DNA of 32,000 nucleotides. It comes from Wigglesworthia glossinidia endosymbiont of Glossina morsitans morsitans (Yale colony). GTDB taxonomy: Bacteria > Pseudomonadota > Gammaproteobacteria > Enterobacterales > Enterobacteriaceae. The translations under genes were made by a program, and so were the position numbers. Each line of letters starts with the position of its first letter. The stretch's first letter is position 1. The notes beneath the pieces were generated by a model. It was not told the origin of the DNA. It did not search any database and saw only the letters and a program-made list of their open reading frames with translations. Location of the stretch: positions 330,001 to 362,000 of the forward strand of contig NC_016893.1 in assembly GCF_000247565.1 (NCBI RefSeq). The letters are read 5' to 3'. Shown here in pieces: positions 19,625 to 30,398 of the stretch.

Positions 19625-19642
19625 ACGATAAATCATTATCGT
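19625..19642 (+). terminator. Small hairpin acgataa-atca-ttatcgt followed by a T-rich stretch (atttgtt), about 95 nt downstream of ybgI. It is a candidate intrinsic terminator.
   Basis: A 7-bp perfect inverted repeat with two G:C pairs and a 4-nt loop, read directly from the sequence. Confidence 0.25.
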
Positions 19643-19967
19643 ATTTGTTAAGTAAATATTATATAATTTTAAATAAAATATTATAAAAATCAAAAATATA
19701 TGAATAATAAAAAAAGTTTGTTCATTTTTTAATCTTATTCAGAATTAATCCGAAAATTATTTTTTTAATCAATTAAAAAATATTTCATTTTATAATTAAA
19801 AAAGTTTAGTATATCTACTAAATATATTTTAAAACATAAAACTTAATCAGATTAAAGTTATACAGCAATTAAAATTAATTCTATCAACATATTAATTTTA
19901 AAAAAAAATATAAGTAAAGTTTTTCATTTTAAGTTTTTTTTATTAATCAATATAAAATAACGGATCC

Positions 19968-19974
19968 GAGAGGA
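19968..19974 (+). promoter_or_regulatory. Shine-Dalgarno sequence GAGAGGA for sdhC.
   Basis: It lies 5 nt upstream of the GTG start at 19980. It is the only G/C-containing patch in a spacer that is otherwise almost pure A/T. Confidence 0.55.
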
Positions 19975-19979
19975 AAACC

Positions 19980-20360
19980 GTGAAAACACATAAACCTATA
20001 AACTTAAATATTTTTACAATTAAATTTATAAAAACTGCAATAGCTTCTATATTACACAGAATATCTGGAATAATCACTTTTTTAATATTTAGCGTATTTA
20101 TATATTGTTTAGAGCTATCATTATGTTCGCAAGAAAAATTTAATACTTTACAAAATTTTTTTTACGAAAACGTTCTTTTTAAATTTTTTTTATGGGCAAT
20201 ACTAACAATTTTTACATATCATACCGTATTCGGACTAAGACATATTTTAATTGATTTTAATTTTTTCAAAGAAGATCTAAAAACTGCAAAAATGACAGTA
20301 AATATAGCACTTCTAGTCACTGCAACTATTTCTATCATACTAGGATTTTTTCTATGGTAA
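19980..20360 (+). CDS. sdhC: Succinate dehydrogenase cytochrome b556 subunit (GTG start).
   Basis: The ORF is 126 aa. It contains KPINLNIFTIKF..TAIASILHRISGIITF, with the heme-ligand His in the SILHR context, and later GLRHILIDF. Confidence 0.9.
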   Translation: MKTHKPINLNIFTIKFIKTAIASILHRISGIITFLIFSVFIYCLELSLCSQEKFNTLQNFFYENVLFKFFLWAILTIFTYHTVFGLRHILIDFNFFKEDLKTAKMTVNIALLVTATISIILGFFLW

Positions 20361-20695
20361 AAAAAACGTCTGCATTCGGATTACCTGGGATTTATGAATG
20401 GCTATTATTACGTATTTCCGGATTGTTAATATTTTTATATATACTGTGTATTATCGTATTTATTATATGCAATACACCTATAAACTATGTAAAATGGCAT
20501 TGTTTTTTTGATAAAAAAACAATAAAAATATTTACAATATTAGTATTTTTATCAGTCGCTATACACGGATGGATCGGAATGTGGCAAGTAGTTACGGACT
20601 ATGTTAAACCTAAATTCATGCGCACAACAGTACAGTTAATAATATGCGCCATTTTGCTATTTTATTTAATATATGGTATTAAAATTATAATGTAA
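20354..20695 (+). CDS. sdhD: Succinate dehydrogenase hydrophobic membrane anchor subunit.
   Basis: The 113-aa ORF overlaps sdhC by 7 nt. It carries the conserved [18 protein letters not shown] motif. Confidence 0.9.
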   Translation: MVKKTSAFGLPGIYEWLLLRISGLLIFLYILCIIVFIICNTPINYVKWHCFFDKKTIKIFTILVFLSVAIHGWIGMWQVVTDYVKPKFMRTTVQLIICAILLFYLIYGIKIIM

Positions 20696-20705
20696 GGATT
20701 GCATA

Positions 20706-22472
20706 ATGCAAATCAAAAAAAAATATTTTGACGTTATTGTAATCGGAGCAGGTGGATCTGGAATGAGATCAGCATTAGAAATTACCAAACACAACTCATC
20801 TTGTGCATTAATATCTAAAGTATTTCCTACTCGATCACACACCGTATCTGCTCAAGGGGGAATTACAGTAGCACTAGGAAATGTACACGAAGACGATTGG
20901 CAATGGCATATGTATGACACTGTCAAAGGATCTGATTATATCGGAGATCAAGATGCCATAGAATATATGTGTAAATCTGGACCTGAGGTAGTGTTAGAAT
21001 TGGAAAGAATGGGACTACCATTTTCTCGTTCTAACGATGGAAAAATATATCAACGTGCTTTTGGCGGTCAATCTATACAATATGGGAAAAAGCAAGCTTC
21101 ACGTACAGCAGCTGCTGCTGATCGTACAGGACACGCATTATTACATACTTTATATCAACAAAATATAAAACATGATACAAAAATTTACTCTGAATGGTAT
21201 GCATTGGATTTAGTAAAAAATGAAGAAAATGCCGTTGTTGGATGCACTGCGATATGCATATCAACCGGCGAAGTTGTGTATTTTAAATCACGAATTACTG
21301 TCTTAGCAACTGGAGGAGCAGGCAGAATCTACCAATCTACAACAAATGCATACATTAATACTGGAGACGGTATAGGTATGGCATTAAGAGCTGGAATTCC
21401 AGCTCAAGATATGGAGATGTGGCAATTTCATCCTACTGGTATTGCTGGTTCAGGAGTATTAGTAACTGAAGGATGCAGAGGGGAAGGAGGATATCTTTTA
21501 AATAAAAATGGAGAAAGATTTATGGAAAGATATGCTCCAAATGCAAAAGATCTAGCAAGTAGAGACATTGTATCTCGTTCTATTATGATAGAAATATTAG
21601 AAAATAGAGGGTTTAATAACCATTTAGGACCATATGTTAAGTTAAAATTAGATCATTTAGGAAGTAATTTATTAAATTCACGCCTCCCAGGAATTTTAGA
21701 ATTGTCTCGTACTTTTGCTCATGTAGATCCCATCAAAGAACCAATTCCCGTGATTCCAACTTGTCATTATATGATGGGAGGAATACCAACAAAAATTACT
21801 GGTCAGGTAATATCTATAAATAACAAAAATGAAAATATAGATATTCCTGGACTTTTTGCGATTGGAGAAAGCGCATGCGTTTCTGTGCATGGAGCTAATA
21901 GATTAGGTGGCAATTCTCTCTTAGATTTAATCGTATTTGGAAAATCGTCTGGTTTACAAATTAATAAATTATTATCTTCAGGTTATTTTCCAAAAGAAGC
22001 TAGTCAATCTGAAATTGAACGCACAATCAAAAATTATTTAAATTGGAATAACCCCAAAAATAGAGAAAATCCTATAATAATTAGAAAAGAACTACAAAAA
22101 TGTATGCAAAAATATTTTTCTGTATTTAGAAAAAAAGAAACTATGCAAAAAGGATTATGTCAATTACAAGAACTAAGAGAACGCTTATTACATGCAAAAT
22201 TAGATGATCAATCCAATCAATTCAATATCAATCGAATAGAATGTTTAGAATTAAATAATCTAATGGACGTATCTTGTGCAACCGCTTTTTCTGCTCTTTT
22301 TAGAACAGAAAGTCGAGGCGCACATCATCGAAACGATTTTCCAAATAGAGACGATAAAAATTGGTTATGTCATACTTTATATTTTCTCGAAAAAGATATT
22401 ATGAGAAAAAGAGACATTAATATGCAACCAAATTGTAGATCAGCTTTCCCACTTCAAAAAAGATCATATTAA
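20706..22472 (+). CDS. sdhA: Succinate dehydrogenase flavoprotein subunit.
   Basis: The ORF is 588 aa. Motifs include [12 protein letters not shown], the covalent-FAD His context [15 protein letters not shown], and HYMMGGIPT...[13 protein letters not shown]. Confidence 0.98.
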   Translation: MQIKKKYFDVIVIGAGGSGMRSALEITKHNSSCALISKVFPTRSHTVSAQGGITVALGNVHEDDWQWHMYDTVKGSDYIGDQDAIEYMCKSGPEVVLELERMGLPFSRSNDGKIYQRAFGGQSIQYGKKQASRTAAAADRTGHALLHTLYQQNIKHDTKIYSEWYALDLVKNEENAVVGCTAICISTGEVVYFKSRITVLATGGAGRIYQSTTNAYINTGDGIGMALRAGIPAQDMEMWQFHPTGIAGSGVLVTEGCRGEGGYLLNKNGERFMERYAPNAKDLASRDIVSRSIMIEILENRGFNNHLGPYVKLKLDHLGSNLLNSRLPGILELSRTFAHVDPIKEPIPVIPTCHYMMGGIPTKITGQVISINNKNENIDIPGLFAIGESACVSVHGANRLGGNSLLDLIVFGKSSGLQINKLLSSGYFPKEASQSEIERTIKNYLNWNNPKNRENPIIIRKELQKCMQKYFSVFRKKETMQKGLCQLQELRERLLHAKLDDQSNQFNINRIECLELNNLMDVSCATAFSALFRTESRGAHHRNDFPNRDDKNWLCHTLYFLEKDIMRKRDINMQPNCRSAFPLQKRSY

Positions 22473-22473
22473 T

Positions 22474-23211
22474 ATGAAAAAAAATATTAAAATTATAATT
22501 TCTATATATCGCTATCATCCAGATCATTTAAAAGCACCTAAAATGCAAAGTTTTGATTATTCTTTGCAAGAAAATAAAGAATTAATGTTACTGGATGTGT
22601 TAATGGATTTAAAAGAACGTGATCCAACGTTAGCATTTCGTAAATCTTGCCGAGAAGGTGTCTGCGGATCTGACGGAATGAACATTAATGGAAAAAATGG
22701 ACTTGCCTGCATTACTCCAATTTCTAATCTATTAAAAAATAAACAAAAAAAAATTGTAATACGTCCTCTTCCAGGATTACCTGTGATTAGAGATCTTATT
22801 GTTGATATGAAATTATTTTTTCAACAATATAAAAAAATAAAACCATACTTAATTAATAACGAAAAAATACCAAACAAAGAACGTTTACAATCCCCTAAGC
22901 AAAGAGAAATGTTAGATGGAGCATATGAATGTATTTTATGTGCTTGTTGTTCTACTGCATGTCCATCGTTTTGGTGGAATCCAGATAAATTTATTGGACC
23001 AGCAGGATTACTATCTGCTTATCGATTTTTAGTTGATAATCGAGATACAGAAAAATCAGAAAGACTAAAGAAACTAAATGATGCGTTTAGCGTATTAAGA
23101 TGCCATGGAATTATGAATTGCGTTTCTGTATGTCCAAAAAAGTTAAATCCAACACAAGCAATAGGGCACATTAAAAATATGTTAATTAAAAAAGTATTTT
23201 GTAAAGATTAA
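22474..23211 (+). CDS. sdhB: Succinate dehydrogenase iron-sulfur subunit.
   Basis: The ORF is 245 aa. It has three Cys clusters: CREGVCGSDGMNINGKNGLAC, CILCACCSTACPS and CHGIMNCVSVCPK. Confidence 0.97.
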   Translation: MKKNIKIIISIYRYHPDHLKAPKMQSFDYSLQENKELMLLDVLMDLKERDPTLAFRKSCREGVCGSDGMNINGKNGLACITPISNLLKNKQKKIVIRPLPGLPVIRDLIVDMKLFFQQYKKIKPYLINNEKIPNKERLQSPKQREMLDGAYECILCACCSTACPSFWWNPDKFIGPAGLLSAYRFLVDNRDTEKSERLKKLNDAFSVLRCHGIMNCVSVCPKKLNPTQAIGHIKNMLIKKVFCKD

Positions 23212-23293
23212 TTGATTTAATAAGAAATTCTAAAAAAGAATTCATATTTATTTTCATGTTAATACAAGAATTATTAAACTTAAGGTATTAAGA

Positions 23294-26068
23294 ATGCAAA
23301 ATTCTAAAAATAAAAAAGATCTTTTGTTTCTTTTAAACGGAATGAACAGGTGTTACATTGAACAAATATATAAAAATTATTTAAATAATCCAAAATCTGT
23401 TAACTCTGATTGGGAAAATATTTTTCACGAATTTTTTTTAAAAAAAATTGATCAAAAATCTGTTAAAAAAAATTTTTCAGATACATCTAATATTGAATAT
23501 AAAAATGTGCAACATCATATTACTACAGAAATACAGGTATTAAATTTTATAAATTCATTTCGTAAGTACGGTCATATTATTGCCAATATAGATCCATTAA
23601 ATTTAAAAAAAATAGAAGAAGTAGAAGAATTATCTTTAAAATTTCATGGATTTTCTAATAAAATATATGATCAAAAATTTAATGCGGAAATATTTGGTAT
23701 AAAAAAAAATAATGTATCTTTTAAAGAAATTTTAAACTTCCTACGTAGCACATATTGCGGTCCAATTGGATTTGAATACATGCATCTTGATAATATAAAA
23801 GAAAAAATATGGATTCAAAAATACATTGAAAAAAATTTCAAAAAAGATTTTTTAGAAATAAAAGAAAAAAAATCTCTTTTAAAAAGCATTATAAAAGCAG
23901 AAGAAATTGAACATTTTTTAGGTAGAAAATTTCCCGGAGCAAAGCGTTTTTCCTTAGAAGGAGGAGAAAGTTTAATCCCGATGTTAAAAGAAATTATTAT
24001 GCGATCTTCACAGAAATATAACACTAAAAATATTATTTTTGGAATGTCTCATAGAGGAAGATTAAATGCTTTAATAAATATTTTTGGAAAAGATATAAAT
24101 AATATATGTCACGAATTTTCCGGAAATAGAAATCTTCCTGAAATTTATAGCGGAGATGTGAAGTATCATCAAGGTTTTGCATCAAGTATTCAAATTCAAA
24201 ATAATACTATAAATTTATTATTAGCTTTTAATCCATCTCATTTAGAAATTATAAATCCAGTTGTTATGGGAATAACAAAAGCTCAATTAGATAAAAATAA
24301 TACACAAAACAAAAATTGTACACTTTCAATAACAATACACGGAGATGCTTCAATTATTGCGCAAGGTGTAATTCAAGAAACACTTAATATGTCTAGAACA
24401 CAAGCACATCAAGTAGGAGGAACATTACGTATTGTTGTTAATAATCAAATTGGTTTTACCACAGATGTTCAAGATGCCAGATCTACTAGATATTGCACAG
24501 ACGTGGCTAAAATGATACAAGCACCTATACTTCATGTAAATGGCGACAATCCATGTGCTACTATATTCGCTACACGTTTAGCTTTAGATTTTAGAAACAA
24601 ATTTTTTCGTGATGTTTTTATTGATTTCGTATGTTATCGTCGCCACGGACATAACGAAGCCGATGAACCTAGAGTAACACAACCTATAATGTATCAAAAA
24701 ATCAAAAAACATCCCACTGTAAAAACAATATTTTCTAATGAATTAGAGCATCAAAAAATAATTTCTTCTGAAGAAATAAAAAAAATTGTTAAAAATATAC
24801 GTAAAAAAATTATTACTGAAAATAAAACTATCAGTTTTTGTCAAATAAAAAATAAAGAAAATTTATGCGCAAGCACTATAAATGAGAAAATAAATAAAAT
24901 AAATATTAGTTTTTTAAAAAAATTATCTGCAAGCATATTTAATATACCTAAAGAAATTGAAATGGAATCTAGAGTAAAAAAAATATTTTTACAAAGATAT
25001 GAAATGATGCAAGAAAAAAGATCTTTTGACTGGGGTGCAGCAGAAATGTTGTGTTATGCAACATTAATTTATGAACATGTATCGATAAGATTATCCGGAG
25101 AAGATGTTGCACGAGGTACTTTTTTTCACCGTCATGCAGTAATTTACAATCAAAAAAATAATTCTATTTATGTTCCTTTGAATACAATTAAAAATACTTT
25201 ATCAAAATTTAATGTGTGGAACACTACTTTATCTGAAGAAGCATCTTTAGCTTTTGAATATGGATATTCAATCAATACAAACAAAACTTTAGTAATCTGG
25301 GAAGCCCAATTTGGAGATTTTGCAAATGGCGCCCAAGTCGTAATCGATCAATTCATTACTTCTGGAGAACAAAAATGGGGACAAAAATCCAATTTGGTTA
25401 TGCTTTTACCTCATGGTCATGAAGGTCAAGGACCTGAACATTCATCAGCACGTTTAGAACGGTATTTGCAACTATGCGCTCAAAACAATATACAAATTTG
25501 TATTCCTTCTACACCTGCTCAGGTATATCATTTATTAAGAAGACAAGCTCAGTTTAAGATTAATTGTCCATTAATTATTTTTTCACCAAAATCTTTGCTG
25601 AGACATCCTTTAGCGACTTCTTCATTTCAAGAAATTGCAAATTATAAATTTCAAGAAATTATTTATGATCCAAATTACGAAAAAAATAATCATTGTATTA
25701 AACGTATTATTTTATGCTCTGGAAAAATTTTTTATGATTTATTTAGTATTTTGAAAAAAAATAATACTCATAACATTGCTATTTTTCGAATAGAACAATT
25801 ATATCCTTTTCCAGATTTTTTAATTAAAGAAATAATTCCTAAATATGAAAACATAAATTCGATATGTTGGTGTCAAGAAGAACCAAAAAATCAAGGAGCA
25901 TGGAATTGGATTAAAAGTTGTTTTGATTCTATTAAAACACACATAAAACTAACTTATATCGGTCGCCCCGAAGCTGCTTCAACAGCAACAGGATACTTAT
26001 CTGTATACAAAAATGAACAAAAAAAAATAATTCATAAAGCTCTCGATATTGAATATTTAAAAGGTTAA
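23294..26068 (+). CDS. sucA: 2-oxoglutarate dehydrogenase E1 component.
   Basis: The 924-aa ORF is collinear with E. coli SucA. Shared motifs include YCGPIGFEYMH, GAKRFSLEGGESLIPML, HGDASIIAQGV, YRRHGHNEADEP, WEAQFGDFANGAQ, LLPHGHEGQGPEHSSARLER and QEEPKNQGAW. Confidence 0.97.
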   Translation: MQNSKNKKDLLFLLNGMNRCYIEQIYKNYLNNPKSVNSDWENIFHEFFLKKIDQKSVKKNFSDTSNIEYKNVQHHITTEIQVLNFINSFRKYGHIIANIDPLNLKKIEEVEELSLKFHGFSNKIYDQKFNAEIFGIKKNNVSFKEILNFLRSTYCGPIGFEYMHLDNIKEKIWIQKYIEKNFKKDFLEIKEKKSLLKSIIKAEEIEHFLGRKFPGAKRFSLEGGESLIPMLKEIIMRSSQKYNTKNIIFGMSHRGRLNALINIFGKDINNICHEFSGNRNLPEIYSGDVKYHQGFASSIQIQNNTINLLLAFNPSHLEIINPVVMGITKAQLDKNNTQNKNCTLSITIHGDASIIAQGVIQETLNMSRTQAHQVGGTLRIVVNNQIGFTTDVQDARSTRYCTDVAKMIQAPILHVNGDNPCATIFATRLALDFRNKFFRDVFIDFVCYRRHGHNEADEPRVTQPIMYQKIKKHPTVKTIFSNELEHQKIISSEEIKKIVKNIRKKIITENKTISFCQIKNKENLCASTINEKINKINISFLKKLSASIFNIPKEIEMESRVKKIFLQRYEMMQEKRSFDWGAAEMLCYATLIYEHVSIRLSGEDVARGTFFHRHAVIYNQKNNSIYVPLNTIKNTLSKFNVWNTTLSEEASLAFEYGYSINTNKTLVIWEAQFGDFANGAQVVIDQFITSGEQKWGQKSNLVMLLPHGHEGQGPEHSSARLERYLQLCAQNNIQICIPSTPAQVYHLLRRQAQFKINCPLIIFSPKSLLRHPLATSSFQEIANYKFQEIIYDPNYEKNNHCIKRIILCSGKIFYDLFSILKKNNTHNIAIFRIEQLYPFPDFLIKEIIPKYENINSICWCQEEPKNQGAWNWIKSCFDSIKTHIKLTYIGRPEAASTATGYLSVYKNEQKKIIHKALDIEYLKG

Positions 26069-26074
26069 GGATAT

Positions 26075-27310
26075 ATGAAAATTATAGATATATTAGTTCC
26101 TGATCTTCCAGAGTCAGTAACAGACGCTACTGTATCAAATTGGAAAAAAAAATTAGGGGATTTTGTAGAAACAGGAGAAATTTTAGTAGAACTAGAAACT
26201 GATAAAGTTGTATTAGAAGTGCCATCTCCAAATTCAGGAAGACTAGTACAGATCTATCATAAAAATTCTGAATTAGTTTCTTCGCGTCAAAAATTAGCTA
26301 GTATAGATATTACTAAAAAAAATCAAGTTTTAATACAAGAAAAAAATACACTTGAAGAAAAAAAACACGTAAGTAAAGAAAAAAAATTATGTGAAAATTT
26401 ATCAGAAAAAAAAAGCGACATATTTTTTTCACCATCAATACGTAGATTAATTGCAAAACAAAAAAATTTTTCAGCAGATATTGTTCAAAATTATTCTATA
26501 TCATCAAATATTAAAAATTATGCTAATCAGCTCGAACTATCACGTCAGCTAAATTTAATTAAAACGGAAAATTCTGTAAACAACACTCACAAACTTGATG
26601 CAATAAATATTTGTCAAGAAAAAAGAGTCAAAATGACGCGATTAAGAAAATGCATATCAGATAGATTGTTGTATGTAAATAACAATACAGCATCTTTGAC
26701 AACTTTTAATGAAGTTAATATGCAATCTATAATAAATTTAAGAGAAAAATATCGAGATATATTTGAACAAACTCATAAAATTCGTTTAGGATATATGTCA
26801 TTTTTTGTTTCTGCCGTAATAAAAGGACTCAAAGATTTTCCAGAAATTAATGCAAATATAGACGGGGAAGATATTGTATATCACAATTATTTTAATATTA
26901 ATATAGCTGTTTCTACTCCAAAAGGGTTAGTAACTCCTGTATTAAAAAATGCAGATAAAATGAGCATTATTGAAATAGAAAAGAAAATTAAAGATTTTGC
27001 CATTCGAGGTAAAAATAATAAGTTAAATATTCATGATTTAGAAGGAGGCAGTTTTACCATTACTAATGGAGGGATATTTGGTTCTATGTTATCGACTCCA
27101 ATTATCAATCCACCACAAAGTGCAATTTTAGGAATACATGCAATAAAAGATAGAGCTACAGTAATAGATAAAAAAGTTGTTATCACACCCATGACATATT
27201 TAGCTTTATCTTACGATCATAGATTAATTGATGGTAAAGAAGCTGCTAGTTTTTTAGTTACTGTCAAAAATATGTTAGAAGATCCTATTAGGATTTTTTT
27301 AAATATTTGA
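26075..27310 (+). CDS. sucB: 2-oxoglutarate dehydrogenase E2 (dihydrolipoyllysine-residue succinyltransferase).
   Basis: The ORF is 411 aa. The lipoyl domain has [11 protein letters not shown], with the lipoyl-Lys codon at about 26204-26206. The catalytic domain has [11 protein letters not shown] and [13 protein letters not shown]. Confidence 0.95.
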   Translation: MKIIDILVPDLPESVTDATVSNWKKKLGDFVETGEILVELETDKVVLEVPSPNSGRLVQIYHKNSELVSSRQKLASIDITKKNQVLIQEKNTLEEKKHVSKEKKLCENLSEKKSDIFFSPSIRRLIAKQKNFSADIVQNYSISSNIKNYANQLELSRQLNLIKTENSVNNTHKLDAINICQEKRVKMTRLRKCISDRLLYVNNNTASLTTFNEVNMQSIINLREKYRDIFEQTHKIRLGYMSFFVSAVIKGLKDFPEINANIDGEDIVYHNYFNINIAVSTPKGLVTPVLKNADKMSIIEIEKKIKDFAIRGKNNKLNIHDLEGGSFTITNGGIFGSMLSTPIINPPQSAILGIHAIKDRATVIDKKVVITPMTYLALSYDHRLIDGKEAASFLVTVKNMLEDPIRIFLNI

Positions 27311-27373
27311 AATCAAAATAATATAAAATTTATTTTTTTTAAATTATCCAGATATTATATACGGAAAATTATC

Positions 27374-28561
27374 ATGAACTTACACGAATATCAAGCAAAA
27401 GAACTGTTTTCTCAATATAAAATTCCAATTCCAAATGGATATAAATGTACTAAATATAGTGAAATCGAGAAAGCTGTCGTAAAATTAAATCCTGGACCGT
27501 GGGTAGTAAAATGTCAAATACATGCAGGCGGTAGAGGTAAATCCGGAGGAGTACAAACATTAAATTCTATTGATGAAATTCATAAATTTGCGAAGAAATG
27601 GATAGGAAAACGTTTAGTAACCTACCAAACAGATAATATAGGACAAACAGTAAATTCAATATTAATTGAAAGAAAAACATATATTAAAAAAGAATTATAC
27701 TTAAGCTTAGTGCTAAACAGAATACAATCTAATATATCCATACTTGCTTCTTTTACAGGCGGTATAAATATTGAAAATGATATTAAAACAAATAAAAAGA
27801 TAATCTTTAAAGAAAATTTTGATGTTTGTTGCGGATTTCAGCTGTTTAAAGCAAGAAATTTAGCATTTCAATTAAAACTATTTGGAAAACAAATAAATCA
27901 ATTTGTGACAATTTGTGAAAATTTAACATATTTATTTATCGAGAAAGATCTTACTCTTGCAGAAATTAACCCAATTGCTATTAATCAAAATGATGATTTA
28001 TTATGTTTAGACGGAAAATTAAATATAGATGAAAATGCTTTATATAGACAAGTGCATTTAAAAAAGATACATGATAATAGTCAATTAGATTCTAGAGAAG
28101 TATATGCTGAAAAGTGGGGATTAAATTATATTCCGTTACAAGGAAACATAGGCTGTATGGTTAATGGTGCAGGTTTAGCAATGGGCACTATGGATTTAAT
28201 TAAATTGCACGGCGGTAATCCAGCAAATTTTTTAGATGTTGGAGGTGATGCAACAGTAGAAAAAGTAGATCAAGCTTTTAGAATTATTATTCTTGACAGC
28301 CATGTAAAATCTATTTTAATTAATATTTTTGGAGGAATTGTTAAGTGCGATCTTATTGCTGATGGTATCATACAAGCAATTTCTAACTTACAAGTTAATA
28401 TACCAGTTATTGTACGTTTAGAAGGTAATAATTCTAAATTAGGAGCAAAAAAGTTAATAAATAGTAATTTAAATATTATTACAGCAAATTCACTAGATGA
28501 TGCGGTTAAAAAAGCAATTGAAAATATTGGGAGAAAGACTTATGTCGATTCTAATCGATAA
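27374..28561 (+). CDS. sucC: Succinyl-CoA synthetase beta subunit.
   Basis: The ORF is 395 aa. Motifs include [56 protein letters not shown] and [10 protein letters not shown]. Its 3' end overlaps sucD by 20 nt. Confidence 0.96.
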   Translation: MNLHEYQAKELFSQYKIPIPNGYKCTKYSEIEKAVVKLNPGPWVVKCQIHAGGRGKSGGVQTLNSIDEIHKFAKKWIGKRLVTYQTDNIGQTVNSILIERKTYIKKELYLSLVLNRIQSNISILASFTGGINIENDIKTNKKIIFKENFDVCCGFQLFKARNLAFQLKLFGKQINQFVTICENLTYLFIEKDLTLAEINPIAINQNDDLLCLDGKLNIDENALYRQVHLKKIHDNSQLDSREVYAEKWGLNYIPLQGNIGCMVNGAGLAMGTMDLIKLHGGNPANFLDVGGDATVEKVDQAFRIIILDSHVKSILINIFGGIVKCDLIADGIIQAISNLQVNIPVIVRLEGNNSKLGAKKLINSNLNIITANSLDDAVKKAIENIGRKTYVDSNR

Positions 28562-29426
28562 AAATACAAAAGTTATTTGTCAAGGATTTACTGGAAAACA
28601 AGGCACATTTCATTGCGAGAAAGCATTGCTAGAAGGTACAAAAATTGTTGGAGGAGTGACTCCCGGAAAAGGAGGAACAAAACATTTAGGATTACCAGTT
28701 TTTAATTCTGTAAAAGAAGCAAAGCTAGATACTCATGCTACAGCATCAGTAATTTATGTACCGGCAAAATTTTGCAAAGATTCTATTTTAGAAGCGATTG
28801 ACAATAATATTAAATTAATTGTTTGCATCACAGAAGGTATGCCTATACTAGATATGCTTATGGTAAAACAAAAATTAAACTTAACTAATATTACTATGAT
28901 AGGACCTAATTGCCCCGGAATTATCACACCTCATCAATGCAAAATTGGTATTATGCCGAACAACATTCATGTTCCAGGAAATATTGGCATTGTATCTCGT
29001 TCAGGTACTTTGACATATGAAGCCGTTAAACAAATTACAGACATAGGTTTAGGACAATCTACATGCGTAGGAATCGGAGGAGATCCAATTTCAGGCACTA
29101 ATTTTGTAGATATATTAAAGTTATTTGAAAAAGATCCGGAAACTCACGCAGTTTTAATCATTGGAGAAATTGGAGGAAATTCGGAAGAAATAGCAGCAAA
29201 ATTTGTTAAATCCTATATGAAAAAAAAAGTATTTGCTTATATCGCAGGTATTACGGCGCCACAAGGAAAACGAATGGGACATGCCGGAGCAATAATTGCG
29301 CAAGGTGAAGGAGGAGCTGAAGAAAAAATTAAAATGTTAAGAAAATCTGGAGTAACAGTTATTAAGAATTTGTCCGATATAGGAGTATCTATTAAAAAAA
29401 TTATTACACAAAATAAAAAAATGTGA
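28542..29426 (+). CDS. sucD: Succinyl-CoA synthetase alpha subunit.
   Basis: The homology-supported start is [18 protein letters not shown] at 28542, preceded by GGGAGA. The ATG at 28497 in the ORF track would add 15 non-homologous residues. The phospho-His context [11 protein letters not shown] is present, and so are SRSGTLTYE and GIGGDP. Confidence 0.95.
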   Translation: MSILIDKNTKVICQGFTGKQGTFHCEKALLEGTKIVGGVTPGKGGTKHLGLPVFNSVKEAKLDTHATASVIYVPAKFCKDSILEAIDNNIKLIVCITEGMPILDMLMVKQKLNLTNITMIGPNCPGIITPHQCKIGIMPNNIHVPGNIGIVSRSGTLTYEAVKQITDIGLGQSTCVGIGGDPISGTNFVDILKLFEKDPETHAVLIIGEIGGNSEEIAAKFVKSYMKKKVFAYIAGITAPQGKRMGHAGAIIAQGEGGAEEKIKMLRKSGVTVIKNLSDIGVSIKKIITQNKKM

Positions 29427-29565
29427 TATTTAGATAATTTTTAATTTAAAATGTATTAAAAAATTAATTAAAATTTTAATCTTCAAATAAGATAGTAAAA
29501 AAATTATAAATTTAAAATAGTTAATTTTTTAAATTTTTATAAATTTTTTATTAAACAGTGCAGTA

Positions 29566-29627
29566 CTTCAAATAAACAATTTGAAGAAATTTTATTTATT
29601 ACAAATTTTGCTATTACTTATTTGTAA
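29566..29627 (+). repeat. Two adjacent 8-bp-stem hairpins in the sucD-tolQ spacer: cttcaaat/aaaca/atttgaag at 29566-29586, and ttacaaat/13 nt/atttgtaa at 29599-29627.
   Basis: Read directly from the sequence. Both stems share a CAAAT...ATTTG core. The first is followed by aaattttatttatt. They may mark the end of the suc transcript or be chance structure in AT-rich DNA. Confidence 0.2.
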
Positions 29628-29698
29628 TTAAAATTAATTAGTGCAAAAAAATAATAAAATTTTTGTCAAACTTTAAATTTTATTTTAGGGTTTTAATA

Positions 29699-30376
29699 AT
29701 GAAGAGCATGAATATATTTGATTTATTTTTAAAATCAGATTTTTTACTAAAATTTATTTTTTCTTTTTTATTATTTTTTTCTATTTTATCATGGGTAATT
29801 ATTTTTTATAAAATTTTTACATTAAGATACATTCAAAAAGAAATAGAAAATTTTGAAAATAATTTTTATTCAGACAAAAATATAAATTTTCTTTATGAAG
29901 AACAAGAACATAAACAAAATACACTAGTAGGATATGCACGAATTTTTTATTTAGGATTTAAAGAATATATGGAATTAAAACATTTAAAAAATACACCTGA
30001 ATCTATTCTTGACAGAACTAAGCACATTATGAACGTCGTAGTGAATCGAGAAATTGAAGTTTTAGAAACACATATTTCAACTTTAGGTAGTATTAGTGCT
30101 ATTAGTCCATATATCGGATTACTCGGTACAGTTTGGGGTATTATGAACATATTTTATAAAATTAATGATTATACAAATTTTACGATACAATCAATTGCTC
30201 CAGACATTTCAGATGCTTTAAGCACTACAGCTATGAGTTTATTTGTTGCAATACCAGCATTAATTTCATTCAATAAATTCAGTGTAAAATCAAATGTTAT
30301 TGCTCAAAATTATCTAAATTTTTCTGAAGAATGCGCTGCAATTTTATATCGTAAAATAATTTCTAAAAAAGATTAA
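29699..30376 (+). CDS. tolQ: Tol-Pal system protein TolQ (MotA/ExbB/TolQ proton channel family).
   Basis: The homology-supported start is MKSMNIFDLFLKS at 29699, compared with E. coli MTDMNILDLFLKA. The TTG at 29663 in the ORF track is probably not used. The conserved ISPYIGLLGTVWGIM motif is present. Confidence 0.92.
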   Translation: MKSMNIFDLFLKSDFLLKFIFSFLLFFSILSWVIIFYKIFTLRYIQKEIENFENNFYSDKNINFLYEEQEHKQNTLVGYARIFYLGFKEYMELKHLKNTPESILDRTKHIMNVVVNREIEVLETHISTLGSISAISPYIGLLGTVWGIMNIFYKINDYTNFTIQSIAPDISDALSTTAMSLFVAIPALISFNKFSVKSNVIAQNYLNFSEECAAILYRKIISKKD

Positions 30377-30398
30377 CTTTTTTTAAAAATCTATTTAT

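Noticed and set aside
28497-28541. The upstream ATG for sucD in the ORF track, which adds [15 protein letters not shown].
   Set aside because: The extension has no homology to SucD and lies entirely inside sucC. The canonical N-terminus [11 protein letters not shown] begins at 28542 with a GGGAGA ribosome-binding site upstream.
29663-29698. The TTG start for tolQ in the ORF track, which adds MSNFKFYFRVLI.
   Set aside because: E. coli TolQ begins MTDMNILDLF. The ATG at 29699 gives MKSMNIFDLF, which aligns from residue 1. The upstream extension is AT-spacer sequence.
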